A stretch of 64,000 bases of DNA from Marsupella aquatica (taxonomy: Eukaryota; Plantae; Marchantiophyta), in the NCBI GenBank assembly GCA_973895155.1, contig OZ316899.1:6761241-6825240 (forward strand), read 5' to 3'. Below the pieces are notes generated by a model. The model worked only from the letters and a program-made list of their open reading frames with translations. It ran no database searches and was not told where the DNA came from. Every line of letters begins with the position of its first letter. Position 1 is the first letter of the stretch. A program made the translations under genes and the position numbers. Of this stretch, positions 49,601 to 61,750 are shown piece by piece.

Positions 49601-50495
49601 CACATCTTACTAACACTAGTAGAAACCGGGGTGTCTTATGACTAAGTTTTACGACTGCCCATGACTCCTTGTGACTAAAGTTTGGGGGGTATCAAGCCAA
49701 TCGTAATTTGGACATAGCGTCTTATTTAAAGTGACTGAAATCGAGTGGACAACTATGTGACTAGGGTTTAAGACACATTTTGTGACTAATAATGACCAAA
49801 TTCGTACTTGGGCATTTTGGGATTTGGAGAAGGTGTAGTCTTATAAATGACTTAAAACAAGGTATGAATTAGTCACAAACAGTCAGTGAGGAAGAGTAGC
49901 CTTTCGTAGATATGACTGGTGCTATGGTTCAATATCGGAACACAAGCGACTGATTATGACTAGTTGGTCTTAAAAGTTTAGAGTTTATGGGCACATTAGT
50001 GACCGGTGATGACTACAGATGACTAATCATTCTTAAAAATCTTAAGATTGGGCTAGACCGGTTGGTCTTATTGGGGACCATGATGTAATATATGACGGTC
50101 ATATCTTAATGACCCAAAATGACTCATTAGTCTAGTTCACGACTGCATTCTTTGACCCTTTTGGTCAAAATTTTGACTCGACCTGAGGCAAATTGCAGCC
50201 TGCACATAGCACTAGAACCATGACTAATAGTCAACTCAAGCATACAAGCATACATTCAAGCACTCAAGCATACAAGTACACAAGTCTTACATGAAAACAT
50301 GAGAGACAACATAGTTCTATTAGAATCTTAGAACTCATATTAACTATTGAACACACATGCATAATTTCATACAAACAAAGTTGTCACAACATGATCAGTG
50401 GATGATCCAATGAATCTCAATTCAACTCTACATTATGAAATATCTAGGTACCATTTGGCACCAATCATGCAATTGTTTGTAAGTTTAGGCTAAAA

Positions 50496-53400
50496 CTACA
50501 AACCACACATTTCAGGTGTCCCTATGTAATCTGTTGGCCACAACACCAAAGAGTTCAGAGCATCTGCAATAATTGTCTGGGGCGGGTCATCATTCAAATT
50601 AGGAACTGGTAAAGGGGTCTTTGGCCTCACAAGCTTTGTCAACAACACTACAGAATACCTTGTTGGTACTTCTTTGCAATGGAATGTAATCTGCTCAGGG
50701 CGCAATTTTCCATACCCTACACACAACTCATTTTGCTGTGGTGAGAACAATACATACTCAGGATGTGCCAGAGTTTTCAATTCTGCATCAGCTTTACGCT
50801 TCTTTGCCGCTGCCACTCTACCACTTGCCCTGGCCCGAATCTTCACCTTCCGAATAGGTCTCCCAGCAGCTGAAAGCTCTACGTCTACTCCACCATCTGT
50901 GGTCATACCCTGTATGTCACCTGCCTGTGATGGAATTTGGGTCTCCACCTGGCCCTCTGGAATTTGGGTCTCCACTTGGCCCTCCATTTTGCATTCTCAC
51001 CGGCTTTGGCAACTTCTATGAACTCTTCATATGGATCCAAACTGGGGGTATTCAGTACATTGGTAACCTCTGCAATAACAAAATAGCAAGTCAACAGCCT
51101 ATCAGCATTTTTGCCTTATCTCCAATCATGGAAACATATAACAAAACACATTTTTTGCCTCATCTCCAATCATGGAAACATATGAGAAACCTTACCTTCC
51201 ATTGCTGGGGCCATGGTACCCTCCACATCCTGTTCTGTGGGCTCCACCTCCATTTGCTATTCAATGTTACCCTCTGGATTCATCAAATTGGAGTAATGTG
51301 GCAGGTCTCTAGAACCTCCATTCCATATTGCATTCATTATACATTTGTATTGGTCTTCTTGCACACAAATAAGCTTCTGAACATCTTCCTTTAAAGCAGT
51401 CAACTCACTTGCCATTTCACTCAATTTCACGGTCACATCATTCTCATGAGACTCCATACATTTCACACAATCTGATAAATTGCTAAGAGAACATGATCCA
51501 CCTCCCTGCCAACACATATGTCCAACAGAGTCAATCCATTACACCTGGAAAATAATATATGGTCCCCTTGTTCATGCAAACTAGGGAATGTGGACCTCAA
51601 AGAACACTATATGGTATGAGTACTCACTTGGTTTGAAGGATCACTCTGGCCAGATTTCTGCTTCTGTTTTCTTGCTTCAACTCTCACCTCTTCTTTTGTA
51701 GGGGACTGTCCATTTTGTGCCTTCTGCATACATCATATTTTCAGACATTATTTGCTCGGACACAAAAAAACTCAAATACACTAGTACTGTGGAAGCTAGG
51801 TCTGCCAATCCAACGATTATTCTTACCAGCTGCTCTACTATCGGAGCATTCCCTTTCCTTCCTGTCAAGTTAAGGTTCTGAACGTTGCCACAAGCATATG
51901 CCATCTAGGAACTCTTACTCTTGCCAGATTCACTCAAAAAGTGATGGACTAGCTTGCTCCATTGAAGAGGATCTGTCAATGGGGGAGCATGCATTCTTTG
52001 GTCCTCTCCACCTTGAAACAACACATGCAATCTCCACCTCTCATTCTTCAGAATTGTCTTTGCATGAGCCTGAAGACACTCCATGGCTACTCCATCCGGA
52101 TGGCCCACATATTTCCATTTTGCAGCTACATTGTCAACAACTTGTTGCCAATCCGTTGGATGCTGCTGCACAAAATTCACCACACTCAAATCCAGCCATC
52201 GCAATATTTCACATTTCAAGTCAGCCAACCAACGATTCTTCCCTGCAAATGCACTGTTCACCCAACGGTTGCTCCCAATGTCCACTACTCCTTTCTTGGT
52301 TCTGTCAGGTCCTGCATTGCTTTTTGTGGTACTACTTGGTGTGACAGGTTTAGAATTCGCTGGAACTTTTGTACTACCAGTGGACTTCTAATGCCCCCTG
52401 CATCATCCCACATCCATGTGACATCATACAATAGTAACATCAATACCTTTGTATATGTCAAATAGTGGATACCAATTGCAATCTAACTTGCAATGTGACC
52501 ATCTTCACAGAATGCCCATCTCCCAACCAAGTATTGTTTATTGTTTCATAAGTGTAACTTACCAGATGCTTTGCCGACACTCTGTGGATAAGAGGCAGGC
52601 TCAACTACCTGTACATCTTCCCCACCAGCCAACCAATCAGGCTCTGGCCATTGCTCAGAACCATAGGCTACAGTTTTCCCTTGTCCTGCCTCTACTTCAG
52701 GTTCATAGTAAACCTCCTTGCCAGTTACTCCCCAATCAGGATGGACAGAATCTGCAGTCACATAATTCAGCACTTTAATTAGGTCTTTAACATCACACTA
52801 GCATACCCTTTATATATTTCCAAAGTAATTTACATAAATGCCAGAATTGAAGGGCAATCCCTACTCACATCTCCAATCGTCTCCTGTTGCTCCATACTGC
52901 TCAGTATGTTGTGTTGGTCTACCTTGGCCCCGTGTAATGTGTGGTGGTGGTGGACCCGTAACATACACAATAGTGTGCCCAGCAGGTGGCGGTGGCCCAT
53001 ACCCATCCACTTGTGGGGCTGCTCTCCCCTGAGAGGGTGCACTGTGTGTTGGTGGTGCGCCATACACCACAGTGTACCCCTTGCTGCATGGGGTTGCTCT
53101 AACCTGACCTGCACCTGTGCTGTGGATATGTGTTGTTGCTCTACTTGCAAAGGAGGGTGGGATGTGCCCACCATGTGATGCAGCTCCATACACAACAGTG
53201 TGACCACCTACACCAACAGTTGTTGTTCCATACCCACTGCTCTGTTGGGTTTTACCTGGAGGTGGAGGTGGTATGTGCCCAGCACGCCCCACTGGTCCGG
53301 ACCCACGTGCAATGTAATGCACTGTGCTTCGCCCTCCAGATGTTGTTGTACTGTGCCCACGGCCCATACCCCGAGCAGCAAGTCCACCTCTCTTAGCCTG

Positions 53401-53818
53401 CAAGAACATATGTGCAAGGACAATAAACCTAAAAGAAGTATCTTCCTCTGACTTGCCACACTCACATGAACCAAACATATCACTACTGTGATACACTACT
53501 TCAACACTTCATTACCACAATTTTTCTGGGCTCCACGACATTATGCTTGCCCTGCCCATATTCTTCATCATCTGCATTGGGCTCCTCCTCTGGATAGTAC
53601 TCTACATCATCAAATTCCTTATGGTTTTCACCGGACCCAACATCTTGCCCATCATCTGCAGAATCTGCCATCGATGGAATGTCCTTCACTGCTAGTCTCT
53701 CACTGCGTCGCCCAGGTCCACTTGCACTGTCACTGATGCTTTGCCTAGCCCTTTTCTGCACTACACTTCTCCTGTCTGGGAGCCTGCATGCCATCCAAAA
53801 GCAACATCCATTGAACAA
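50496..53818 (-). pseudogene. Multi-exon CACTA TnpA-like (ORF2) gene
   Basis: Co-oriented segments 53501-53818, 52861-53496, 52546-52773, 51677-52285 (..ILKNERWRLH...PP....QWSKLV.HF.SE.GK.KS..M.......GRKG, Transposase_24-like), 51257-51517 and 50496-50987. Confidence 0.75.
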
Positions 53819-53894
53819 CTCTAGTAAACATAGCTACATTCATTCCAATTAATGAGCAAAGTCTGGATAGGTTCTGTGGATGATAATTGTTCCC

Positions 53895-56800
53895 TTACAA
53901 AGCGGAAAATCCCTGTCTGAGCTCAGCTCCCAAAGCTGCCAGCCTCTCATCAACATATGCTGCACGTATCATGGCTTGCTTTTCAGACTCACTCATCTCA
54001 TCATCATCTTCTTCCATCCTATTCAATGACAAACATTGCATACGCATGGTGTCAGGCTCAGCCTCTACAAATGGCTCCTCATCCTCCCAAGCATCCACCC
54101 GTGTTAGAGGAACATACTCTGTGCTTGTCTGAACAGTACCAACGTCTCCAGTACGTGGTTGTTCAAATGCACTATGTCTATCTAAATGGAACTCTAGCTT
54201 TGACCCTTCTACCCTACGATTTCTGGGCTGCTTATGACACACTACCCTCCAACCTGGGTTCTCTTCCACATCTAAGAAGAAGGCCTGCTCCACCTGACTG
54301 GGATACACAAAAGGCTGCTCCCATTTGGGCAACTTGGACTTGAAATTGGCAAGCAGAAAGCCATCCCGGTCTCTTTTCATACTGGCCCTGTTACCACGCC
54401 ACACTTGTCTTACCCATTCACCCTTCATCAAAATTACAGGAGTGGATGTGGCTCCATAGTCAAGAAGCCAGATATCACTTAGTTCTCCTACATATCCCAT
54501 CTGCAACACTCCACTACTTTCATCTGGGCTCTCATGCTGAAATACACAAATGAGCCCGCAATCATATGTTACCCTGGAAGAAGTTGTTTCATCTCTCACT
54601 CTATAGTGATTGCCATATGCTACCATCCGTTTGTAAGACTTTACCAACAACCGTGGAGGATTGGAGAGGAGATAGACATCTGCATCCATATTAGGATGGC
54701 TTGCATGATGCTCTCAAACTATGCATCTCAGCCATTCTGACATGCATGGGAATGTGGCAGACGTGCTTGATTGAATAGCCTTCTGTGCCTCGTACTCTCT
54801 ACACATACAAGTGCATGGATTTAGCAATCAGAGTACACATTTTATACATGTCTGCAATTTAGAAACCAAGGGTAGCAAAGAAAATTGAAAACAAGTTACA
54901 TACAGGGAGACCAAAGTAGGTACTCACTCCAGCCAGGGTTGCATTGCATCAATGTTTTCTAGAACATACTGATGAGCCAAGTCTCTAATTTTGATGGTCA
55001 GCTTCACTGTGGTTGCAGCACCTTGTAGGACTTCCCCAGACACCCCTTCTTCTTCATCAGAATTCCATACTTGCCTTGTCACATGCTCGTAATCTGCTAG
55101 GTACTCTGTGATGTAGCCCAGAGTTTCATCTTTTATATAACCCCGAGCCATAATTGCCTCTGGCCTATAGTAAGATCGCACATGACCCTTCATCAACTTC
55201 ATGTACCGCTCTAGGGGGTACAACCAGCGTGCTGTCACCGGCCCGTACTGGTCTATTTCTTCCACGACATGGATGAGCAGATGAGTCATTACATCAAAGA
55301 ATGCAGGCGGGAAATATATTTCAAGATCGCACAACAATAGTGCCACATCTTTCTTCAATTGGGGAAACTGTACAGCATCCCACACCTTCACACAAACTTT
55401 GCGGAACACATCACTTAGACGCAGTATAACTTTACACACAGGCTCTTGCATGAGGCCCCTCAGGCACAATGGCAGGACTTGTTGCATCATGACATGGTAG
55501 TCATGGGTTTTCATACTACCAAATTGGAATTTGTTATCCTTTACATGCCTCTTGAATGCACTAACATAATCTGTAGGATCTCGGAGTGAACTCAGCCTTG
55601 ATAAGAAGGTCTGCCACTCTATGTCTGTGCAACAATATGGTGCTTGGTACTTCAAAAACACATTTGCCCTGCTCTGGTGTGTTGTAAGCCAAAGGTGGGG
55701 TCGAATTCCCCTGTCATGTAGATCCATACGTACAGAGCCTGTGTCCTTTTCTTCACTCAAAAATCGGAGTAGACTCTCGCATATGTTCTTCTCTATGTGC
55801 ATAACATCAATATTATGTTTGTTTGGATCAAACTCTTGCAACTCCAAAACATCAAGCAGTGAGCAAATCTCAATCTTCATAATACATACATACTAACTAC
55901 TTCATACAATCTAACAACTAAATTGACTGAATCACATATATGGGTTGTTGGGGAGAGGAGCTTACTCGCCAATACTCCAGCTGCAAGTCCAAAATGGACT
56001 GTCGTTTCACACCATACAACCTTGCAGGATCTCGTACTCCATCCTCTGCTCCTCCATCTGCATCATACTGTGCCTTGGCAGCCCCCCAAGAACTTATTTG
56101 CTCCTTCTTCACTCGAGGTTGGGGACTGCGGAGCTCCGTGCGCTTGTTAAAATGTGCTATAAGATTGGGTCTACGTCTGTAAGGGTGATTAGAGGGCAGA
56201 AATTGACGGTGACCAAGGTATTTGATACACTTCAAGGACTTTGAATAGTCACTTGTCACATGGGGGCCACATCTTGTGCAAGCTAAATATCCTTTCCCAA
56301 CCTGGCCTGCAATCATGCTATGGGCAGGGTAATCTGCAATAGTCAACATTACAATAGCTCTAATCAAGAATGGATTGGCTTCACCAATCCTCTGCAGCAT
56401 ATCATATGTGAGCACTCCAGTGTACCATAGCTTTCTCAGTTCCTCTACTAGAGGAGCAAGATACACATCTATATTGGCTGCAACAGCACTGTCTGGCCCT
56501 GGAATCAACAATGCCAACATTACAAAGAACCGCTTTGTAGTCAACCATGGGGGAAGGTTGTAATTCAAAAGAATTCAGGCCAACAAGAGTACGCATTGTT
56601 CTTCTCGCCAAATGGGTTCACCCCATCCAATGATAACCCAAGCCTAACATTCCTTGTCTCCCTAGCAAACTCAGGATACACATCATCAATCAACTTCCAT
56701 TGCTTTGAATCTCTAGCATGGTGTTGTAGCCCATCTCGACTTTTGTTCTTAGCTGTCCATGTCATCAACTCTGATATGGCACAGCTCCTGAACATTCGCT

Positions 56801-57782
56801 GCAGTCTGGGAATTATAGGAAAGTGACGGAGCACTTTTGCAGGTTGCTTGGACTTCCCATTGTTCCGGTACATGTGCTTCCCACATGTAGGGCATGTCAA
56901 CTTCTTCTGATGCTCGTTTCTGAAAAGAACATGCCCATCAGGACATACATGTATTGACTCATAGTTCAGCCCAAGTTTTGATATCAGTCTCTTTGCCTCG
57001 TACATGTTTTTTGGCACTAGATTACCTCCTGGTAGCACTATTTTCTACAAGAAGGCCAGAACCTCGGACACAAAGATGTTTGGCACATTGTGGTTCCCAC
57101 AAATATTCAGAAACATTAGCACAAATGCTAATTTGGAACAATTGCTTCCTAGGAATAGCGGATTGAAGGCCTCCTGAACTTCGATTGGGGAGCCAAACAT
57201 GGTGTCCTCTCCAGCTGTAGCTTGTTGCCCAATCTCAAACTCATCTAAAGACTCGTGGTCATCACCCGGTGCGGTCTCAAACTCTTCTGCATCTTCCATG
57301 TCCTCCCGCATTGCATCCATGTCCTGGAAAATATCCTGCACCATTTGCTGAACATTGATCCCTTCGTCTGCAGGCTGCTGAAGGACTTCGGACCCACCCA
57401 GTTGAGTCATCACATCTGCCAACCCACCAGTGAAGAACTGGTCTTGCCTTGCACTATTTGCATTCTCAAAGTCAGCCCTCCATTCCTCATCTGAAGAATC
57501 AGCCTCATTCGGATCGTTTGTAACACGCCAACGAGGGTGTCTCCCATGAATTGCCAAGTGCCCATGAATCTGCCTCAAGACTCTGGTGTGGGAGCCATTG
57601 CATTGAGTGCAAGGACATCTCATTCATGAACTTGGACCTGACCGTGCCACTTTGGCCTGTTCCCAATTCCAGAGCTTCTGGTCGTGTTGGGAAACCCTCA
57701 TTGGATGATGTAGAGGCAACCTGGCAGATGTTGGATGGGTCCAAGGGGGAGGGTGACCTACGGACACTCTTCTAGACTCCAT
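53895..57782 (-). pseudogene. CACTA TnpD/Tnp2 transposase (associated Zn domain, Transposase_21, DUF4218, DUF4216) with introns and a few stops
   Basis: CPCTQC..HL..HG; YESIHVCP; LRHFPIIPRLQRMF; RNVRLGLSLDGVNPF; NLPPW; IDVYLAPLVEEL; DYPA; IDVMHIEKNI; MKTHDYHV; FPPAFFDVMTHL; WLYPLER; EQPFVYPSQVEQAFF. Confidence 0.95.
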
Positions 57783-58049
57783 CTTAGAGTTCAGAACACA
57801 GGCACTCAAATTTAATTGTCATTTCATTATGAAAGTGGAAAATACATTTCTTGTTTAGTTGTGTTCCGATGTTCACACTATCTACCAAAACATATGACAT
57901 GATACAGTGTAATAAATCATGCATAGACTTTCTACAACCACCAAAAAAAACAAGAAAGGTTCCTGAATCGTGTACCTATTCTCAGGTCACACTGTAACAA
58001 AATTCCAAACTGTCTCAGGGTGTCACCTCCTTCGCTGTCCTCACTTATA

Positions 58050-58773
58050 CTGCCTCAGTCTGCAATGGCCAACCAAGCACGTACATCCATGACCATATCA
58101 GAATCCAATCACCTATAGTCATAGACAAACGAGCCTGGTGTGAGCAGTATGAGATCTCCTCACGTTATTACCAAAGTTCATCTGGATACCCACCCTGTTC
58201 TCGATGGTAGTCACACCTGAGGTACACTGGCATGTACATCAGGTCATCAAGGAGTATGCCCTGGGCATACCAGGGTGGGGTTCAATCTGTGCCTACAAGA
58301 AGTGGTTCTAATGCCCTCCACTGGGGGGAGCTAGCTACCAAGTCTCTCCATTGTGTGCTAATTAGTCTATATTTGCAAATGTCTTGTGCGGTTGACCACA
58401 GAAGAATTCTGGGCCACACATCCAACAGCATTATATCATCTGGCAAACCAGGCAACAAGGAAGTCCCCACAACATTCTGCTCTTCAATTTCATCTGCTGA
58501 AAAATAAGACTCATCGTCTCTTGCATCCTCAGGCGGTGCCAAAATATGTTTCAACACCAACCCATGCAGGAGAGTCCAAACAGTGGCCAGCCATGTGGCA
58601 ACCCAGAGGAGGAGCCTACATAGCGCTTGTTGATGTAGGAAAGGCAACATACCCACCAAAGTTTGCCGCCAAGATTTGAGCCCACCCAGTAAGTTTACAG
58701 TGACACCCCCAGGCAGCAAGAAACCACAATCCGCCAATAGTAAAATAAGTCCAACTGCGACCAACCATAACAA
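58050..58773 (-). pseudogene. F-box protein with hydrophobic N-terminus
   Basis: LLPGLPDDIMLLDVWPRI......ICKYRLISTQWRDLV F-box signature at ~58320-58465. The frame appears to continue past stops beyond 58282. Confidence 0.7.
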
Positions 58774-58859
58774 GCTACGTTAGTTCAAATATCACATTTA
58801 TTTCAAAGATGTGATTTGTACACAAAGCTTGTCTCAAAACTGATGCTACTACATACTCC

Positions 58860-59732
58860 TCACTCTGATTCAGAATCGCTAATAACCTCTTCCTCACTTG
58901 TTGTCACATAGTTTTCACTGTGAGGATCTTGACCCTTCCGTGGCCAGACCTCAAAAAGATCATAGTCCACTGGGTTTTGACGCTGCCCAGCTGCTACTGA
59001 TTCCACAAGCCAAGCATATGAAACCACAAACACATTATGGGACATGACATAAAAGCGAATGTCACCCTTCCCAAACTTGCGGCAGGCTTTGGGATATGAC
59101 TTAGTAATGACATGAGTGGTGTCCTTTGTTATATTCTCCTCCACTGCCCCACCTAGGTCAAGCACTGTGGACTTGTACACTTTGCACTTAACCTCTCCAA
59201 TTCCCGCCTCCACAAAAACCATGCTCAGCCCTTTCAGAATGGGGGTTGGTTGCTTCATCTCCTCAGCCAACATACTCTTCAGCCTTCTTGAGCTTTGTCC
59301 TTTGTTGAGTACAGGTCCATATTGGACATCAGCAAGCCGTGCCTTTGCTTCCCAGACTTCTTGTTCAGCCCAAGCTGATGCAGTAGCTTCTTCATCCTCC
59401 CATAGTTCATATTGCTCAGTATCCTGTACAATCTGATGTGCTATGGAATCTGTGATCCAAGAGGCCTCAACTACTTTTAGGCCTCGCTCAGTAATTGCAG
59501 AATTCATGTAGGACCATGACCACTTCTTTATCACTAATAGCCATGTCCCTGCAACAACATGTGTAGTCTCTGGAGTGATGTCCTGCACTACAGTGCCATG
59601 GAGCTCAGAGAATCATTTCTGTACAGTTGGCCAATGCACTTTGGTCAACCCATGCTGGCCATGGACCAAAATGGCTCTGACCCCTGTAAACACTGTTGGG
59701 TGGTCACACTTTCTACGTTTCCCAGGCTCCAT
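58860..59732 (-). pseudogene. Tandem BRCT-domain protein (DNA polymerase lambda-type BRCT), one in-frame stop at 59613-59615
   Basis: MEPGKRRK..VFTGVRAIL...HGTVVQDITPETTHVV...VVEASWITDSI and ILKGLSMVFVE.G.....LGGAVEENITKDTTHVI....KFGK...VVSYAWLVESV..GQR.NPVDYDL. Confidence 0.8.
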
Positions 59733-60319
59733 GTACACACACCCTACGTGATCAGAGTGAATATTGGAAGAGTGGGTTCACCTGCCAATAGAAGGACATC
59801 AAAATTCCTACTTTTTAAGTTGATCCGGTCCACTGTTGCTCAAGTCCAATTTTGATAGGTACAGGGGATATGTGAACAATAAGTACTAGGCACCTGCACC
59901 GATGCAGGACATTGTTTGAGTATATACTAGGAAGTCCATATCAAAGGTGAAATGAAGTGCAACCAACTTGTCATGGCCGCACATACATATTTTGTTGTAA
60001 AGGAGATACATTCAATGACAAACTTATAGGGCAATTTGATTAATTGCATGCCTGATGCTTACAACTTTGAAGTCCTGTTTTAATTTAGCAGTCTGATGAG
60101 AGTGTTTGTGAAAATGACCACTCAGCCTAAATACTTCCAAGAAGGCTTGTAAGGATAAGTTTTTAGAGGCATGTACCCAGCCACTGACGCTAGAGCACCT
60201 GGATAAGTGTTGCCTATACAAACTTGCCTACCCAACTCCTTTTCAAAATTGGAATCTCTGCAATCCCCAAAAAATAGTACACCCACATCAGGTGCCCTGT
60301 GCATGTACAATGTTCAGCT

Positions 60320-61000
60320 TCATAGCCAAGATATATGATCTCTCACAGGAGTGCACGAGGTAGGATCAATGGCATGGCGATGACAATAAAATATCCATCG
60401 ATCAACACCATGTGCAGAGTGATCATAGATTTCTCTGTCACAAGCATAACCCTCTGCTTGACAATCTTTCAAGCAATGATAGTGCCACATAGTGGGATAC
60501 CTAGCACAGTGGACTATGTCAGCCCAGTACTCATCATCATGCTCACCACATGCCTTGCACCTATGAAGTGGGCAAGCTGTGGCATGAGCAGGCAAACACT
60601 CAAAATAGAAAAACCTCACACAAAAATGGTCTGGACATTTCCTAACATCCGGTGCAGCATCAATAGAGCCCTCATAGGACCCCAACTTCCCACACTGTGC
60701 ACACTTAGCCTACTTCTCCAAACAATCAGTGCACATCCAGTCTCCCTGGTGTGTTGACGGGAGGCCCACCCCTGGACAATTGTTTTCTGCAGCAAGGTGA
60801 GACTCCGGGTTGAGGTGGAAATGCCTCATGCAAGGGCCCTCACAGATGACCAAGCTCCCACCATCGTCACAAATGGCACAACAATGAGCTGCCTTCTGGA
60901 AAATCTGACTTGCAGAGAAGTCAGTAACGGGTGGCCCATGTACACCTGTGTTGCTCACCTCTATCACACGCTTTTTTGCTGGAATTTTGGGGCGTACCAT
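60320..61000 (-). pseudogene. Stand-alone EDM2-type composite PHD-finger protein, one in-frame TAG at 60710-60712
   Basis: CAICDDGG.L..CEG.C.R.FH...C...WMCTDC..*AKCAQCGKLGS...C....C..F....C...CPLHRCKAC...C.R....H..CL...IFYCHRHAIDP...TPVRDHI follows, from recall, the EDM2 PHD region including its TPVRDH end. Confidence 0.85.
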
Positions 61001-61750
61001 GCCTACGCATGAGACAGACAGTACAATTAAGTAGACAATACAGGCAATACATTTTGGCAGACTTTACAGACAATATATTTTAGCAGACTTCACAGAAAGT
61101 AAAATTTAGCATTTAAGGTACAATGGCAACTTATACTGCAATGAATTGCAATGGCCACACAAGGATGCAAGGCAGATATACTTTTGGTTTGTTGAGCCCA
61201 CACACAAAACTGATCTCCTAGTACAATTGCTCCACCAGCACCTCAATTTCGTGGCTATGATTCACCAAAAAAGATTTGCAACAACATTTCATGCATTTGA
61301 ATCACATACAATAGTCATCACACGAAAAACAAGCATTTTTCCAACAAGATTGGGATCAAGTAGTGTGATGAGGGTTGTACTTTATACATCCTATATAGGC
61401 TATGATAGTGAGACAAATAAGTTTGAATACGTGACTGTATGGGATGTTTGCAGGTTATGACATGGCCCATTAATTTTGTCATATAATGTTACAATGTTGG
61501 CCAAGTTAAAGCAGTCATTCAAGCAGTCTTTCATTGGAGAATTTAAAGAGAGCTTGCTTAATTCTTACATTAGGATATTCCACTTAGTGCAGCCAAATTA
61601 GGATAAGTTATATACTATGGATCCTAAACCCTGCACCCAAAATTGCTCAAACTTCAAAATTTTAAATAAATATCTGCGGTGCTTAAGTCAGAGCATTAAG
61701 TTATAGGTCATTGCACTCTGGTCTGTGCATACGGTGTGACAAGTGCTCCT

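Noticed and set aside
50932-50985. 27-bp tandem duplication (EGQVETQIP x2)
   Set aside because: Ordinary in-frame slippage in a low-complexity TnpA-like region.
60090-60120. CTGATGAG...GAAA as a hammerhead ribozyme core
   Set aside because: I could not build the required helices by eye; likely a chance match.
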